DNA from: an uncultured delta proteobacterium | GTDB taxonomy: Bacteria; Myxococcota_A; Polyangia; Polyangiales; B10-G4 | NCBI GenBank assembly: GCA_963727445.1 | Contig: CAVSGI010000013.1 | Span: 384,001 to 448,000 of the forward strand | Reading direction: 5' to 3' | DNA length: 64,000 bases | In this document: positions 47,944 through 58,550 of the stretch, piece by piece | Numbering within the stretch: position 1 is the first letter of the stretch | Layout of the letters: every line of letters starts with the position of its first letter | Made by a program: the position numbers and the translations under genes | The notes under the pieces: generated by a model | What the model saw: the letters and a program-made list of their open reading frames with translations, nothing else | Database searches by the model: none | What the model was told of the DNA's origin: nothing

Positions 47944-49368
47944 GGCGAGCCGAGGTCCAGACCGGTGTCGACCGCAGGCGAGGTCGCCCGCAGCGTGAAG
48001 TCCGCGCCCGACAGGTCCGTGACCTGCGGATCTGCGTTGACGCCGTGCATGTCGAAACCCATCGACTGCCACTCGGACCAGGTCTGCCCGCTGCCGTCGA
48101 GTGTGGCCACATTGGACGAGGCCGGGGAGTAGTGCAGGTTGTAGTCGATGTGCGACGCGTCCCCCGCCCATCCGGTCAAGGAGAACGCGACACCGGCGTC
48201 AGTCGTGAAGAAGACGTTGTTCTGGACGATCGGATCCGGGGTCTCGGTGACCTGCGCCGTGTGGAACGCGCGGATCGAGTAGACGGTGTTTTCGTAGATC
48301 TCCACCGTCCCCGTGCCGGTCAGGCGGCGGAAGGACAGCGCGTTGCTCTGCGCGTTGTTGAGGTTGACGACGTTGTCGTAATAGAGCGTCGTTCCGTACA
48401 TCGTGGTCGCGTAGATTCCCTGCGCGTTTCCCGACTTGTCGTTGTCCTGGGCGAGATAGTTGTTGCGGATGATCGTCGACGTGTCCTGAAAGAGCTGAAT
48501 GCAGTCGTCGTGGCCGGTGGGCTCCTGGTTGTAGATGACGATCCGGTTGTTTTCGTAGACGCAGTCGTGGTTGCGCTGGGAGTAGATGCCATCGGTTTGC
48601 GCGTCCACGTAAGTGGGCGTGGTGATGTCGCATCCCCGAACCGTCACCGCGTTGCTCGTCTGGATGAAGACACCCCGCCCGTAGTTCGCATTGATCGTCA
48701 TGTTCGCGATGACGACGCGCGTGGCGGCGCCGTCCTCGCTGTAGGTCCCCCCGGATGCACCGCTCACGCGCACCGCCGAGTCGGCGCAGTTCTCGAGGTG
48801 CATTCCCGCGATCGTCACGTCCCGCTCCGCGCGCAGGAAGATGCAGTTCGGACGCGTGCCCTCGCCATCGATCGTCACCGTGCCATCGTGGCCCGCCTCG
48901 TCGCTTGCGGCGACCACGAGGGGGTCGGCAGCGGACCCCGAGGCCATCACGGTCAGCGTCTCCGAATAGGTCTGACCCGAGGCTCCGCCCGAGACGACGA
49001 TGGTGTCGCCGGGACCCACCGCGGACCAGTCGATGGCCGCGAACGATTCCCATGCATCCGCCCAGGACGATCCGTCGTTCGCGCCGGTCGCGGTGTTGTC
49101 GACGTAGTAGTCGGGTTCGAGGGGCAGGCCGCCGTCCGAGGCGCCGCCGTCTGCGGTGCCGCCGTCCGTTCCGGTGCCACTGTCCATGGTCATGCCGCCG
49201 TCCGTGTCGGAGCCGGAGTCCGCGTCAGCATCCGCGGTTGCACCGTCGGCGTCGGGGGCTGCGCCATCCACACCACCATCGGGCGTGGAGCCCGAGTCGT
49301 CCCCGCCGCAGGAAGAGGTGACCAGTGCGAGCGCGAGCGCGAGCGCCCATGGCAGGTCGGATTCTCAT
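47871..49368 (-). CDS. right-handed parallel beta-helix lipoprotein; frameshift near 49362
   Basis: YYVD..A.G.NDGSSW, PGD, Asn-rich repeats, C-terminal SPAVD.G...RPQGAGWDMGA; signal ALALALVTSSC restored by removing one base. Confidence 0.85.
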
Positions 49369-49457
49369 GTGGGCCAGTGTACCGAAACACCAGGGCGCGC
49401 TGGCGGTCGTCAGATAGGCGCTGCGATCGGGCAGCGAAGCCCCACGCGCACGAGAGG

Positions 49458-49577
49458 AGGAGATCCGAACCAGGTTGACTGTAGGAGATCCGAACCAGGT
49501 TGACTGTGGGAACACGGACGTCAGAGGGGAGGAGATCCGAACCAGGTTGACTGTGGGAACACGGACGTCAGAGGGGA
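49458..49577. repeat. left REP-like array of the RAYT element
   Basis: AGATCCGAACCAGGTTG at 49461, 49486 and 49533; a 47-bp unit is duplicated exactly. Confidence 0.9.
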
Positions 49578-49757
49578 CTCGAAGCTCCTGCACGACACAC
49601 GACGGCGGCCCAGACGACACGTGATGCCGGAAACCACCGTCCGACGAGGCCCGCGCGTGCCCGTGTGGCTGCATGATTGCACGCCTTCTCGCTCGACGGA
49701 CGCACGAACGCGTGCCCGGGAATGGCCCAAGCACGCGAGCGCCCCATGTGGAGCTGT

Positions 49758-50762
49758 CTAGGGAGGTGACCGGCAGCGAGCGTTGTGCAGCACGCGCATC
49801 TTCCAGGTGCCATGCGGAAACACCGCGCGTCGCCGGTCCCCGGAGCCCCAGTGGGACCACCCCTGATCGTACTCCGCATCGAATACCCGATTTCGCGCGA
49901 CCGCCGCGCGCGCGGCGTCTCGGTCACCGCTCGCGGCGAAACGAGGATTGCGCGCTCCAAACGTCTCGTAGCTGTTCGCACGTCGCGTGTGCTTCTGACG
50001 AAGCGCGCGGCTTGGGCCCATGAACGAGATCCCGCGCTTGCTCGCCTCGTCCCACGCCTTGCGCTCGAGCGCCTTCACCCCGGCGGCCACCCGACGCTTC
50101 ACCTCTTCGAGAGGCAGCTGGTCGAGCAAGACCTCAGGCAGGCCCGTGTCGTATTCGACGGCGTGCGGCCAGCCGCCGCCCACTCTGGGCGGATCGTCTT
50201 CGGTGGCGACCCACTCTTCCTCTGGCTCGAGCCGGACCTTGGTTTCGGGGTCTCTTCGTCCCGGAGCGCTGCACCAAAAGGGCGTGTGCTCGGCGCGGAT
50301 GGTCCGGCCGCCGAGCTCGTCGAGGCGCGTCACCGCTCCCGGCCAGTCCTTCGCATACCGCACCGCGAACGACTTGGCGCCGTTGCCGATCGTGTAGGCG
50401 AGCCGGTCCACGATCGCGTCCGTGCTCACGAGCTCGACCGCCGAACACTGCTGCGAGTCGAACACTTCGCCGGGCCAGCCGCGGAAGTCCTTCATCGCAA
50501 GGGCGAGGTTGCGGTCGAGATGGAAGAGGAAGTCCGGCAGTCGTCCCCAGCGGTCGACGATCACCAGGTGAAAGTGCGACGACATCACGCACACGGCGCA
50601 GACCTGCACGCCGGTCAACAGCGCCGCGAATCCCAGCAGGTAGAAGAAGATGCGCGCCACCACGCCGTCGATGTCCGGCGTGAGCAGAAAGTGGCGCCGC
50701 GTACATCGTCGAGAGACGAGGTACACCTTGCCCGGACGCACATCGCGGCGAAGGTGACCCAC
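49758..50762 (-). mobile_element. Y1/HUH transposase, REP-associated tyrosine transposase (RAYT)-like, with a C-terminal extension
   Basis: YLVSRRC, CVMSSHFHLV (HUH), AYTIGN (candidate catalytic Tyr), DWPG; start taken at GTG 50762. Confidence 0.85.
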
Positions 50763-50847
50763 TGGCTGCGGGGCAGGAGCGAGACGCGTGCCGAATATCC
50801 GCGACGTGATTTCGAGGCCTTGGCGGCGATTTGCGGCGGACCCGCCG

Positions 50848-51183
50848 CCACTCCGCCGGCGGCCGCCACTTCCCGCTCGCGACATCCCCTCCGGTCGCTG
50901 TTGCGAGATTACTCGTCAATCTCGCGAGGACAGGCGACGGTTTGGCCAACCTGGTTCGGATCTTCCCGCCACTGCCACCACCACTCCGCCGGCGGCCGCC
51001 ACTTCCCGCTCGCGACATCCCCTCCGGTCGCTGTTGCGAGATTACTCGTCAATCTCGCGAGGACAGGCGACGGTTTGGCCAACCTGGTTCGGATCTTCCG
51101 CCAGGATCTTCCGCCACCGGCGAGATTACTCGTCAATCTCGCGAGGACAGGCGACGGTTTGGCCAACCTGGTTCGGATCTTCC
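50848..51183. repeat. right REP-like array of the RAYT element
   Basis: CAACCTGGTTCGGATCT at 50947, 51080 and 51164; 133-bp then 84-bp spacing; each unit has the hairpin GCGAGATT-N7-AATCTCGC. Confidence 0.9.
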
Positions 51184-51191
51184 CTGCGGCC

Positions 51192-52687
51192 TCAGAGCAG
51201 CGGCGGGAGCGCGTCCGTACAGGAGGTGTCCACAGGCTCCATGGGTGCGGCCAAGAACGCATCGACGATCCCCTGCCCGCAGGTCCCGGACGGGCGCTCG
51301 TCCGGGTGAGGCGAGCGAAGGATCCCGTGGCCGTGCCCCGGGAAACGGACGAGCTGTCCGTTCGTCGAGATTGACACAGCGGCTCGTGCATTGACGAGGG
51401 GCGCTGCGGGGTCGAATTCACCCGAGAGCACGAGGACCGGTACGTCTGTCGACACGGGCTCGTTCTCGATCGCTGGACGCATTTCCACCGGCCAGACCTC
51501 GGGGAACTGGAGGAAGATGTCCCCGTTCACCGGGCCGAGCGCGTCCACCAACTCCGGGCGCACGCCCTCCGTCGCGGCCGCGATCGACGCCGCGGTGTCG
51601 AAGGGGATCTCCTCGGCCGTCAACACCGACGCGTAGTGCCCCGCCGACAAGTTCCGTCGTGTCGAGCAGCGCGGGGGCCAGCGCTTGGAGGACCAGCGTC
51701 GACCCGCCGAGGACCCCTTCGATCGCGTTGGGGAGCAGCCGAATCAAGCTCGGATCGTAGAGGACGCCCTGTACGCCGACGAGGATGCGGGAACCATTGA
51801 TCACGATGGGCTGTCCGCTGGCATCGACGCTCACGGGACTATCGTCGAGCATGGCGACCGCCGCGAAGAGGTCGTCTTCGAGGTTCGGATGGTCGGCCGA
51901 GCAGGTGTCCGAGCTGGCACAGGCGGCGAAGACCGCATCGAGCGCGGTCTGGAAGTTCGCGGGCCATCCGGCGGCGAAGCTCAGGTTGACTACACTGGTG
52001 GAGTCGAGGATCACGCTCCGCGTCCGCTCCGGGTACTCCCGGACGAAGACCTGGGCGATGCGGCCTCCATAGGACAGACCGTAGACGTTGACCTCGCCGT
52101 CGTAACCCAGCGCATCGAGGATCTCGACCGTGTCGTCCACGATCGCTTTGCTGTGGACGTGAGAAGTCGGGACGCCCGCGCCGTCGAGCCTCGAACGACA
52201 ACGTCGATAGCCTTCGAGGAGCGCTTCGCCGTCTTCGGTCGGGGACAGATTCGTGGAGAAGGAATCAGCAAGGGCTTGCCCGTACTCGGGGCAGTCGAGC
52301 GACGGCGTGGATTGGCCGGAGCCGCGAGCATCCATGAAGACCACGTCCCGCGTCTCGTTGACCGAGGCGAGCGCTGTCGACGCTTGGGCAGGGAGATAGG
52401 AGTCCAGGGTCGCGGCCACCGAAGAACACGAAGGGGTCGGCGGCCGGCTCTCCGTTTCGTGCGTGCAAGACGGCGAGCTCGATCTGCACGGTCGCACCAC
52501 CCGGAGACTCTCGGTCGAGCAGCATCTCCATCGTCCCGCACCGGAAGTCGGTCGCGGTGAGCCCGTCCGGCAGGTCCAGGTCGCACGCGTGCTCGGTGAG
52601 CGCTGGCGTGAATGTGTCGTCTCCCTCACATGCGCCAAGAGCGCAAAGCAGCCAAGGGATGAGAAGCAACCTCTGACACGTCTTCAT
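51192..52687 (-). CDS. alpha/beta hydrolase lipoprotein (TAP-like C-terminus); frameshifts near 52410 and 51650
   Basis: LGAC lipobox, DARGSGQS, YGLSYGG, LDS, VLSGEFDP, GHG spread over three frames. Confidence 0.82.
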
Positions 52688-53012
52688 CGCGGACAGGACC
52701 CTCGCACACGCGCGTTCCCCGATCAACGCGGGACCCGGACGATAGAAGAGAACGGCCTCAGGCGCCGATCTTCTCGAGTCCGAGGTACGATCGTCCTGAA
52801 CATGGCCAACCCCTTCGTTTTCATTCGTACCCACCTCCGGTTTCCAGCCACCGTGTAAGCGGACCGGCTCCCCGGACGCGCGTGTTTCGCAGTAGATCCA
52901 TTATCCACCCCTGGCTCGCCCGGGAGACTGGAGGCAGGCCGTTCATGCCGCTTATGAACCGCAGTCCACCGGCTATCCGAGAGACGTCGCGCGCGCCGCG
53001 GCGCGGCCGCAC

Positions 53013-53243
53013 GTGACCCGCGCGGCGCGCCGTCTGCACGGGCGTCACCCGCGACAGGTGATGGTCACACTCGACGTCGACGTCCGCGGCAACATCCAGT
53101 CGGCCACCGTCGGCGGCCCGCACACCGAGGGCGAGGCGCGCTGCATCGAGAGCATCTTCGCGCACACGCGGTTGCCGGTGCGGCCGCAGGTGCCGGGGCC
53201 GCTCGTGCTGACGCTCGCCGCGGCGGGATGCGTGGGGGACTGA
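53013..53243 (+). pseudogene. possible TonB-C/AgmX-like fragment
   Basis: VTLDVDVRGNIQSATV...ARCIE; no convincing start. Confidence 0.3.
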
Positions 53244-53403
53244 CCTTTGGGGACAGTTACCTGCAGTGATCCCGACGCCCCTCACCCTGCGCGCTCCCTC
53301 GCCACGGAGATATCGCAGCACAGATTCGATCCGCAGTGTCGCCCCGAGTGTGCCCACGCACGCTGTCTTTACGAATGACGCAGCCCCCAGGGATACTCGC
53401 CCG

Positions 53404-54777
53404 GTGACGCGCAGCACTCTCGTCCTCATGGCGCTCGTCTCGGCATGTGGCCCCGCGGCGAAACTGGGCACGCCTCGTGAGCGCGTGGTGGCGACGACGA
53501 CGCGCGAGGCGCACGAAGAGGCACGGACGGCGAGCAACGCCGCGGACGAGACGACTGAGCCCGCGGACGCAAGCGGGTGCGAGGCGATCTTCTCCGAGAC
53601 TCACCAGCGCTCGGCCGCCCAGCTCACGACGTTCGTGCCGCCCCACGATCGGTTCGTGACCGCGTGCGAAGCGACGCCCGAGCTGTGGCGGAGGTGCATG
53701 CGCGCCTTACACGCACCGGCCGATTCGTTCGGTGGGTATGAGGCATTTCGGACGACGTGTCGGCCGGCGTTCGACGACCCCGATCGTTGCGTCGATCCCG
53801 TCGCCGACGCCTTCGCTACGGAGGAGGGAGACGAGCCGTATCTCCACGCGGTCGATCTCGATGGAGATGGCTCGGACGACTACATGTCCACGTCCTCTTG
53901 CCGCGGCGCGCACGACTACTGCTACTCCCGTGTCTACGTCACCGATCCGGCCGCGTCGGATCAGGGCGACGGGGCGTCGACCTGCACGCGCTATGCAGGC
54001 ACGTTGACGGCGATCGACGGACGGCTGCCCACGCAGCATCATGGGCTCTTCGACCTCGTCTCGTGCAGCTCTCTGGACTGCGCCGAGGATGCGACGGTGT
54101 ACGAGTACGACGGACGCCTCTACCGCGAGGCGCGACGCTTCGGACGCCGTACGCGCCCAATGGTGCTCCGGGCGGATGAGCCGGAACTCGCCTACACCTG
54201 CGAAGATGCGTTGCATTGGCTCGAGATCATCCGCGCACATGTCGGGGCAGCGGCGCTTCCCGACCGGTCGGGCGCGCTCGCGTTCTGCGAAGCGCTCGCT
54301 CCGGAGCTTCAGCGGTGCATGGAACCCGGGGTTCATGAGGATATCTGTGGGGAGCCGCCGCCCATCGCCGGGCCGATCGAGCTCGTCGTTCTGGTCACGG
54401 AATTTCAACGCTCCGCCGACCGGGTGCAGGACGTCGACATCGACGGTGACGGCGACGAGGATGACGCGATCGTATGGACGGGGGCCGACCTGCGCGGGGG
54501 AGTAGGGGTCTACCGACACGACGACGCGGGGCGTTGGCAGTTTCTGGGGAGCGCCGGCGCGGGTCCCGCCGGCGTGGTCGTGGAGTCGACGAAGTCGCAC
54601 GGGATATACGATCTGAGGTCCGACGGAGTCGCCGCGGCCTGCGCCGATCCGCAGCTGGTGCAATCGGGTCGGGTCCTCGAGAGTGGCGCTCGCTTCGACG
54701 GCACTCACTACGCCAGCGTCGTACGTGCCTGCTCGTGCGCGACGCCGTCGACCTGCGATGCCTGGAGGCCCATGTAG
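53404..54777 (+). CDS. hypothetical lipoprotein with DxDxDG motifs and an internal duplication
   Basis: LVSAC lipobox; DLDGDG and DIDGDG; repeated PELxRCM and HGxxDL segments. Confidence 0.75.
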   Translation: MTRSTLVLMALVSACGPAAKLGTPRERVVATTTREAHEEARTASNAADETTEPADASGCEAIFSETHQRSAAQLTTFVPPHDRFVTACEATPELWRRCMRALHAPADSFGGYEAFRTTCRPAFDDPDRCVDPVADAFATEEGDEPYLHAVDLDGDGSDDYMSTSSCRGAHDYCYSRVYVTDPAASDQGDGASTCTRYAGTLTAIDGRLPTQHHGLFDLVSCSSLDCAEDATVYEYDGRLYREARRFGRRTRPMVLRADEPELAYTCEDALHWLEIIRAHVGAAALPDRSGALAFCEALAPELQRCMEPGVHEDICGEPPPIAGPIELVVLVTEFQRSADRVQDVDIDGDGDEDDAIVWTGADLRGGVGVYRHDDAGRWQFLGSAGAGPAGVVVESTKSHGIYDLRSDGVAAACADPQLVQSGRVLESGARFDGTHYASVVRACSCATPSTCDAWRPM

Positions 54778-54846
54778 CCGCGGGCGGATGCGACCGCGGT
54801 CACAACGCGCGCGTCCCGGGCTGAGGATGGTTACGGTATGGGCCCG

Positions 54847-55158
54847 ATGGCCAAGAAGAAGGAACGCGCGCGCACGGCGCGGCGACGCCTCGAGCGACGC
54901 GCGAAGGACCTCGCCGACGCCAAAGAGAAGCTCGCCCTCCTGTCGGAAGGAGGGAGCCCCGAGCGCCCCATCTCCATCTCCAGCGCCTCCATCGCCGAAT
55001 CGACCGCAGAAGCGCTGCGCTGCGCCCGATGTGATGGCCCCACGCGCGTCGAGTCGCACGACGCAGTCGCCGGCCTCCGCCGGGTCCGCTTGCGGTGCAA
55101 GGACTGCGGCGCCACCCGCACCGTGTGGCTCCAGATCGCGTCGCGCATGCTCTCTTGA
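54847..55158 (+). CDS. small Zn-ribbon protein
   Basis: CARC...CKDC; basic N-terminus. Confidence 0.7.
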   Translation: MAKKKERARTARRRLERRAKDLADAKEKLALLSEGGSPERPISISSASIAESTAEALRCARCDGPTRVESHDAVAGLRRVRLRCKDCGATRTVWLQIASRMLS

Positions 55159-55181
55159 GACTGCGGTAAGCGGACCGTTTG

Positions 55182-56753
55182 CTAAAGGCTCTTTTCCGCC
55201 TGGCCGATGAGGAAGAGCTCGAAGCGGTCGGCGTCGAAGCGCGGATCGTAGAAGGGCACGTCGGGGAGCTCGTCCACGACGGGGATGAGATCGGGGTTCG
55301 ACCAGTCGCGCGCTTGCTCGGCGGTGATGCGGTCGGCGAAGGCGAGGTCGGTCCCGAGCACCCGATCGTGGAGCTCGGTGGCGATGTCTTCGTCTTCCAC
55401 GACCACCACGTCCTCGGAGTTGAGCGCCAGGCTCCGCGGGTCGAGGTTGTAGGAGCCGACGATGGCGACCTTCGAGTCGAAGACGGCGAGCTTGGCGTGG
55501 AGCGTGCCCTCGTGGTGGCGCTCTGCGTGCCATTCGTAGACCCGTACGCCGGCGTCGATGAGCGGCTGGTACGCCACCCGGCCCGCGTCGTTGATCATCG
55601 GGATGTCGTTCGTCGCCTTGCTGTTGGTGATGATGGTGACCTCGACCCCGCGGCGCGCGGCGGCTTCGAGCGCATCGCGCATCGCGTCCGTCGGGATGAA
55701 GTACGCGTTGGCGATGACGATGCTCGTCTCTGCGGAGTCGATGTGCTCGCGATATTCCTGGTCGATCCACCGCTCGCCGAGACGCGGACGGCTTCGCACG
55801 AAGCGCACCCGCACGTCGTCGTGTGGGTCGGTTCGGACCTGGCGGCGCTCGAGGTCCGCCGGGTCGTAGGGCGCGATCTCGGGGCGATGAAAGGCGCGGT
55901 CACGCCCGAGCGCCCCGGTCACGCCCTCGCGCAGCCTCGGGTGCAGGTGTCGCCACGCGTCCCAGTACCCGTCGGACTCGAGGAGCGCCGGACGGCAATC
56001 GTGGATGCGTTTGAAGTACTGCGCGTTGTCCCGGAAGGCGCTCGCGACATCGGCCACCACCGGCCCCTCGAGATAGATGTCCTGGTCGCGCCAGATGAGC
56101 GGCGGGTCGTCGCTGATGCGCGCGTATTCGTCGCCGACGTTCATGCCGCCGACGACCGCCCGCTCGCCGTCCACCACGAAGTACTTCTCGTGATAGCGCT
56201 TGTTGCCGGCGGTCCAGTCGTCGAGGTCAATCTCGTTCACCCATTCGAGGAAGAGCGGCTCGTAGCCGTACACCTCGACGCCCGCATCCATCAGCTCGAA
56301 GTAGAGCATCTGCGCGTCGTAGTCCTGGATGTTGGCGTACGCGTCGACGATGACCTTGATGTCCATGTCGGGGTTTTCGCGCTTCTTCGCGATCAGCCGG
56401 TCGGCGATGGCGCATCCGATGGTGTCCGCCTTGAAGATCAGCGCCTGCACGTAGATGGAGCGCTCTGCGCTCTCGAGGATGCGCATCCGCTCGAGGAACG
56501 AAGCCTCCCCGTTGATCAGGAGCCGCGCGCGATTGCCGTCGCGCGGAGGCGGCGGCGGCGCGGCCTCGGTCTCGCCCTGCAGGTCGGGATCGCGAAGGAT
56601 CTCGGCGGCGCCGTGTTGCAGCTGCGACGCCCCCTCCTCGAGCTGCGCCCGACCGCGTTCGAGCTGATCGTTCGCCTGCTCTTCACAGGAGCCGCACGCG
56701 GTGAGCGCGAGGACACCGAGGGTGACGAGATAGGGAGGACGGTTCAGGCGCAT
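55182..56753 (-). CDS. phospholipase D / cardiolipin synthase family lipoprotein
   Basis: Two HKD motifs (HEKYFVVD...GGMN and HAKLAVFD...GSYN); LTAC lipobox. Confidence 0.92.
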   Translation of the reverse strand: MRLNRPPYLVTLGVLALTACGSCEEQANDQLERGRAQLEEGASQLQHGAAEILRDPDLQGETEAAPPPPPRDGNRARLLINGEASFLERMRILESAERSIYVQALIFKADTIGCAIADRLIAKKRENPDMDIKVIVDAYANIQDYDAQMLYFELMDAGVEVYGYEPLFLEWVNEIDLDDWTAGNKRYHEKYFVVDGERAVVGGMNVGDEYARISDDPPLIWRDQDIYLEGPVVADVASAFRDNAQYFKRIHDCRPALLESDGYWDAWRHLHPRLREGVTGALGRDRAFHRPEIAPYDPADLERRQVRTDPHDDVRVRFVRSRPRLGERWIDQEYREHIDSAETSIVIANAYFIPTDAMRDALEAAARRGVEVTIITNSKATNDIPMINDAGRVAYQPLIDAGVRVYEWHAERHHEGTLHAKLAVFDSKVAIVGSYNLDPRSLALNSEDVVVVEDEDIATELHDRVLGTDLAFADRITAEQARDWSNPDLIPVVDELPDVPFYDPRFDADRFELFLIGQAEKSL

Positions 56754-56804
56754 GCGGTCGAGGCCAAGATACAACAGTTCGCCGGCATTCCTTCCGAGCC
56801 TGTG

Positions 56805-57356
56805 TCAGCGGACGTGCACCGTCGTCCGCGCGAGCTCCTGATCACCCCAGTGCAACGTGATCTCGTGGTCGCCGCGGGTGTCGACGAACTCGACGCCCTC
56901 GCGCTCGTCCACCGCGGTGGCGCCGGGCGGAAGGGAGCTCCACTCCGGGCCCATGGCGCCGTTGCCGAAGGCCATGGAGAGCGCTTGGGACGGCGCACCG
57001 TCCACACGCAGGTCCCACGGCTTGTGTGGATCGACAGCGGTGGGGCCATCGTTGAGTGCGGTCATGCGCACCTGCACGTGGCCGAGGTCACGAAGGGCGA
57101 AGGTCGAGGGGTGAACCGTGAGCGTCCAATGCACCGATGGCGGCGACGTCTCCTCCGGTTCTGCGGCGACTTCTTCCGGACCGTCCTCGCTTTCGGGCTC
57201 CTCTTCGACAATCGGCGCGGCGCCCTGCCTCGGGGGATCGGCGCGGCGCTCACTTGGGTCGGGAGGCGCTTCGCCGTTCGACCGTCCGCCGCCGCAGCCG
57301 AGCGCGAGCGCCACCGCACCGAGGACGACCTGCGTCGAGAGGGTCTGCAAGCTCAC
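56805..57356 (-). CDS. hypothetical lipoprotein
   Basis: ALGC lipobox, P/E-rich linker, beta-rich C-terminus. Confidence 0.7.
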   Translation of the reverse strand: MSLQTLSTQVVLGAVALALGCGGGRSNGEAPPDPSERRADPPRQGAAPIVEEEPESEDGPEEVAAEPEETSPPSVHWTLTVHPSTFALRDLGHVQVRMTALNDGPTAVDPHKPWDLRVDGAPSQALSMAFGNGAMGPEWSSLPPGATAVDEREGVEFVDTRGDHEITLHWGDQELARTTVHVR

Positions 57357-57441
57357 GGGACTCCAAGATAGGCCACAATCGCTCGCGAGAGCCAGAGCTC
57401 TGCGAGAAGCGAGCATTTCGAACACCGGGTATCATCTCGAG

Positions 57442-58515
57442 ATGGCGCGTCGACCCCACGCAGCCCTGATCGCGGCACTCCTCGCGGCGGGCCCTTTCGG
57501 TGGCCTCGCCGCCTGCTCCGGCGACGACACGCTCCTCCTCGTCGACGTGCGCACGGACTACGCACAGGTCACCGAGTTCGACGCGATCGAGGTGCAGGCC
57601 GCCGATCAAGTCGTGCGCCACGAGGTCCAGGCGCTCTCGGACTACGGGGCCGGCGTTCGCGTGGCCGAGATCACAAGCCTTCCGACCGGCCCGACGCTCG
57701 TCGCGGCGCGCCTGCTTCTGGGAGAAGAGACGATTCGCGAGGAGTCGATGAGCGTCACGATCGCGGACCACACCGCGCTCACCTTCGAGATCCTCCGCAA
57801 CTGCCCCGAGGGCTCCTGCGCGGATGCGGGCGTCCCCGATGGGAGCGTCGTGAATGACGGCGCCGCGCCAGACGGTGCCGTCGGCGACGCTGGCATCGAC
57901 GCGCCCACGTGCACGACCACGACGATGCCGTTGACGGTCCAATCCGACACCGTCCTCCTCGAGTCTTCGTGCAACGGCGCGATCCACGAGGGCGCGTCGC
58001 CCGTCTTGAACCTCGGCGACGACAACGCGCACGGCCTGTTCCGATTCACCCTCTCCGGAGAGATGCGTGCGGCGCTCTTCGACGGAAGCGTGTCCGGTGC
58101 CCGACTCGTCCTGTTCCGAGCCACCGATTGCTTCGGCGCCTCGTGCCCTGCGGCCGCGGGGACCTTGCACGTCCGACCGATGCGCAGTGATTGGGACGAG
58201 GGCACCTCCGCTGACTACTCGGGCGCCGATTGGTGCCGGCGCACCAGCGGCCTGACCCCGCTGCACTGGAGCTCTCCCGGCGCCAGCTCTGCCGGCGTCG
58301 ACCGGGGCGCGGAGGCCGGCTCGGCCACGTTCGGAGTGGACGATTCGCCGATCGTCGTCGAGCTCGATTCGAGCGGTCTCGGCGATTGGGCAAACGCGGT
58401 CACCGGCGCGCCGCAGCTCACCTTTCAGACCGAGGCCACCGCCGCGTTCGTCGCCGCTGCGCGCGAGAACGAGACCTTCTCGGCGGCTCGCTTCGAGCTC
58501 GACGTCTGCCGTTGA
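57442..58515 (+). CDS. hypothetical lipoprotein with a DNRLRE-like C-terminal domain
   Basis: LAAC lipobox, VDVRTD, PDG linker, GLFRF, DWDEG, WSSPGA, ARE motifs. Confidence 0.75.
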   Translation: MARRPHAALIAALLAAGPFGGLAACSGDDTLLLVDVRTDYAQVTEFDAIEVQAADQVVRHEVQALSDYGAGVRVAEITSLPTGPTLVAARLLLGEETIREESMSVTIADHTALTFEILRNCPEGSCADAGVPDGSVVNDGAAPDGAVGDAGIDAPTCTTTTMPLTVQSDTVLLESSCNGAIHEGASPVLNLGDDNAHGLFRFTLSGEMRAALFDGSVSGARLVLFRATDCFGASCPAAAGTLHVRPMRSDWDEGTSADYSGADWCRRTSGLTPLHWSSPGASSAGVDRGAEAGSATFGVDDSPIVVELDSSGLGDWANAVTGAPQLTFQTEATAAFVAAARENETFSAARFELDVCR

Positions 58516-58550
58516 GGAGGCGCCCTGGTCGGCGAAGGGCTCCGCGCCAG

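Noticed and set aside
49458..49577. CRISPR array
   Set aside because: Only three copies, the intervening sequence is absent or identical, no cas genes are present, and inverted counterparts flank a Y1 transposase.
50763..50885. N-terminal extension of the transposase (MSRAGSGG...)
   Set aside because: The start lies inside the repeat array; RAYT-like sequence begins around GTG 50762.
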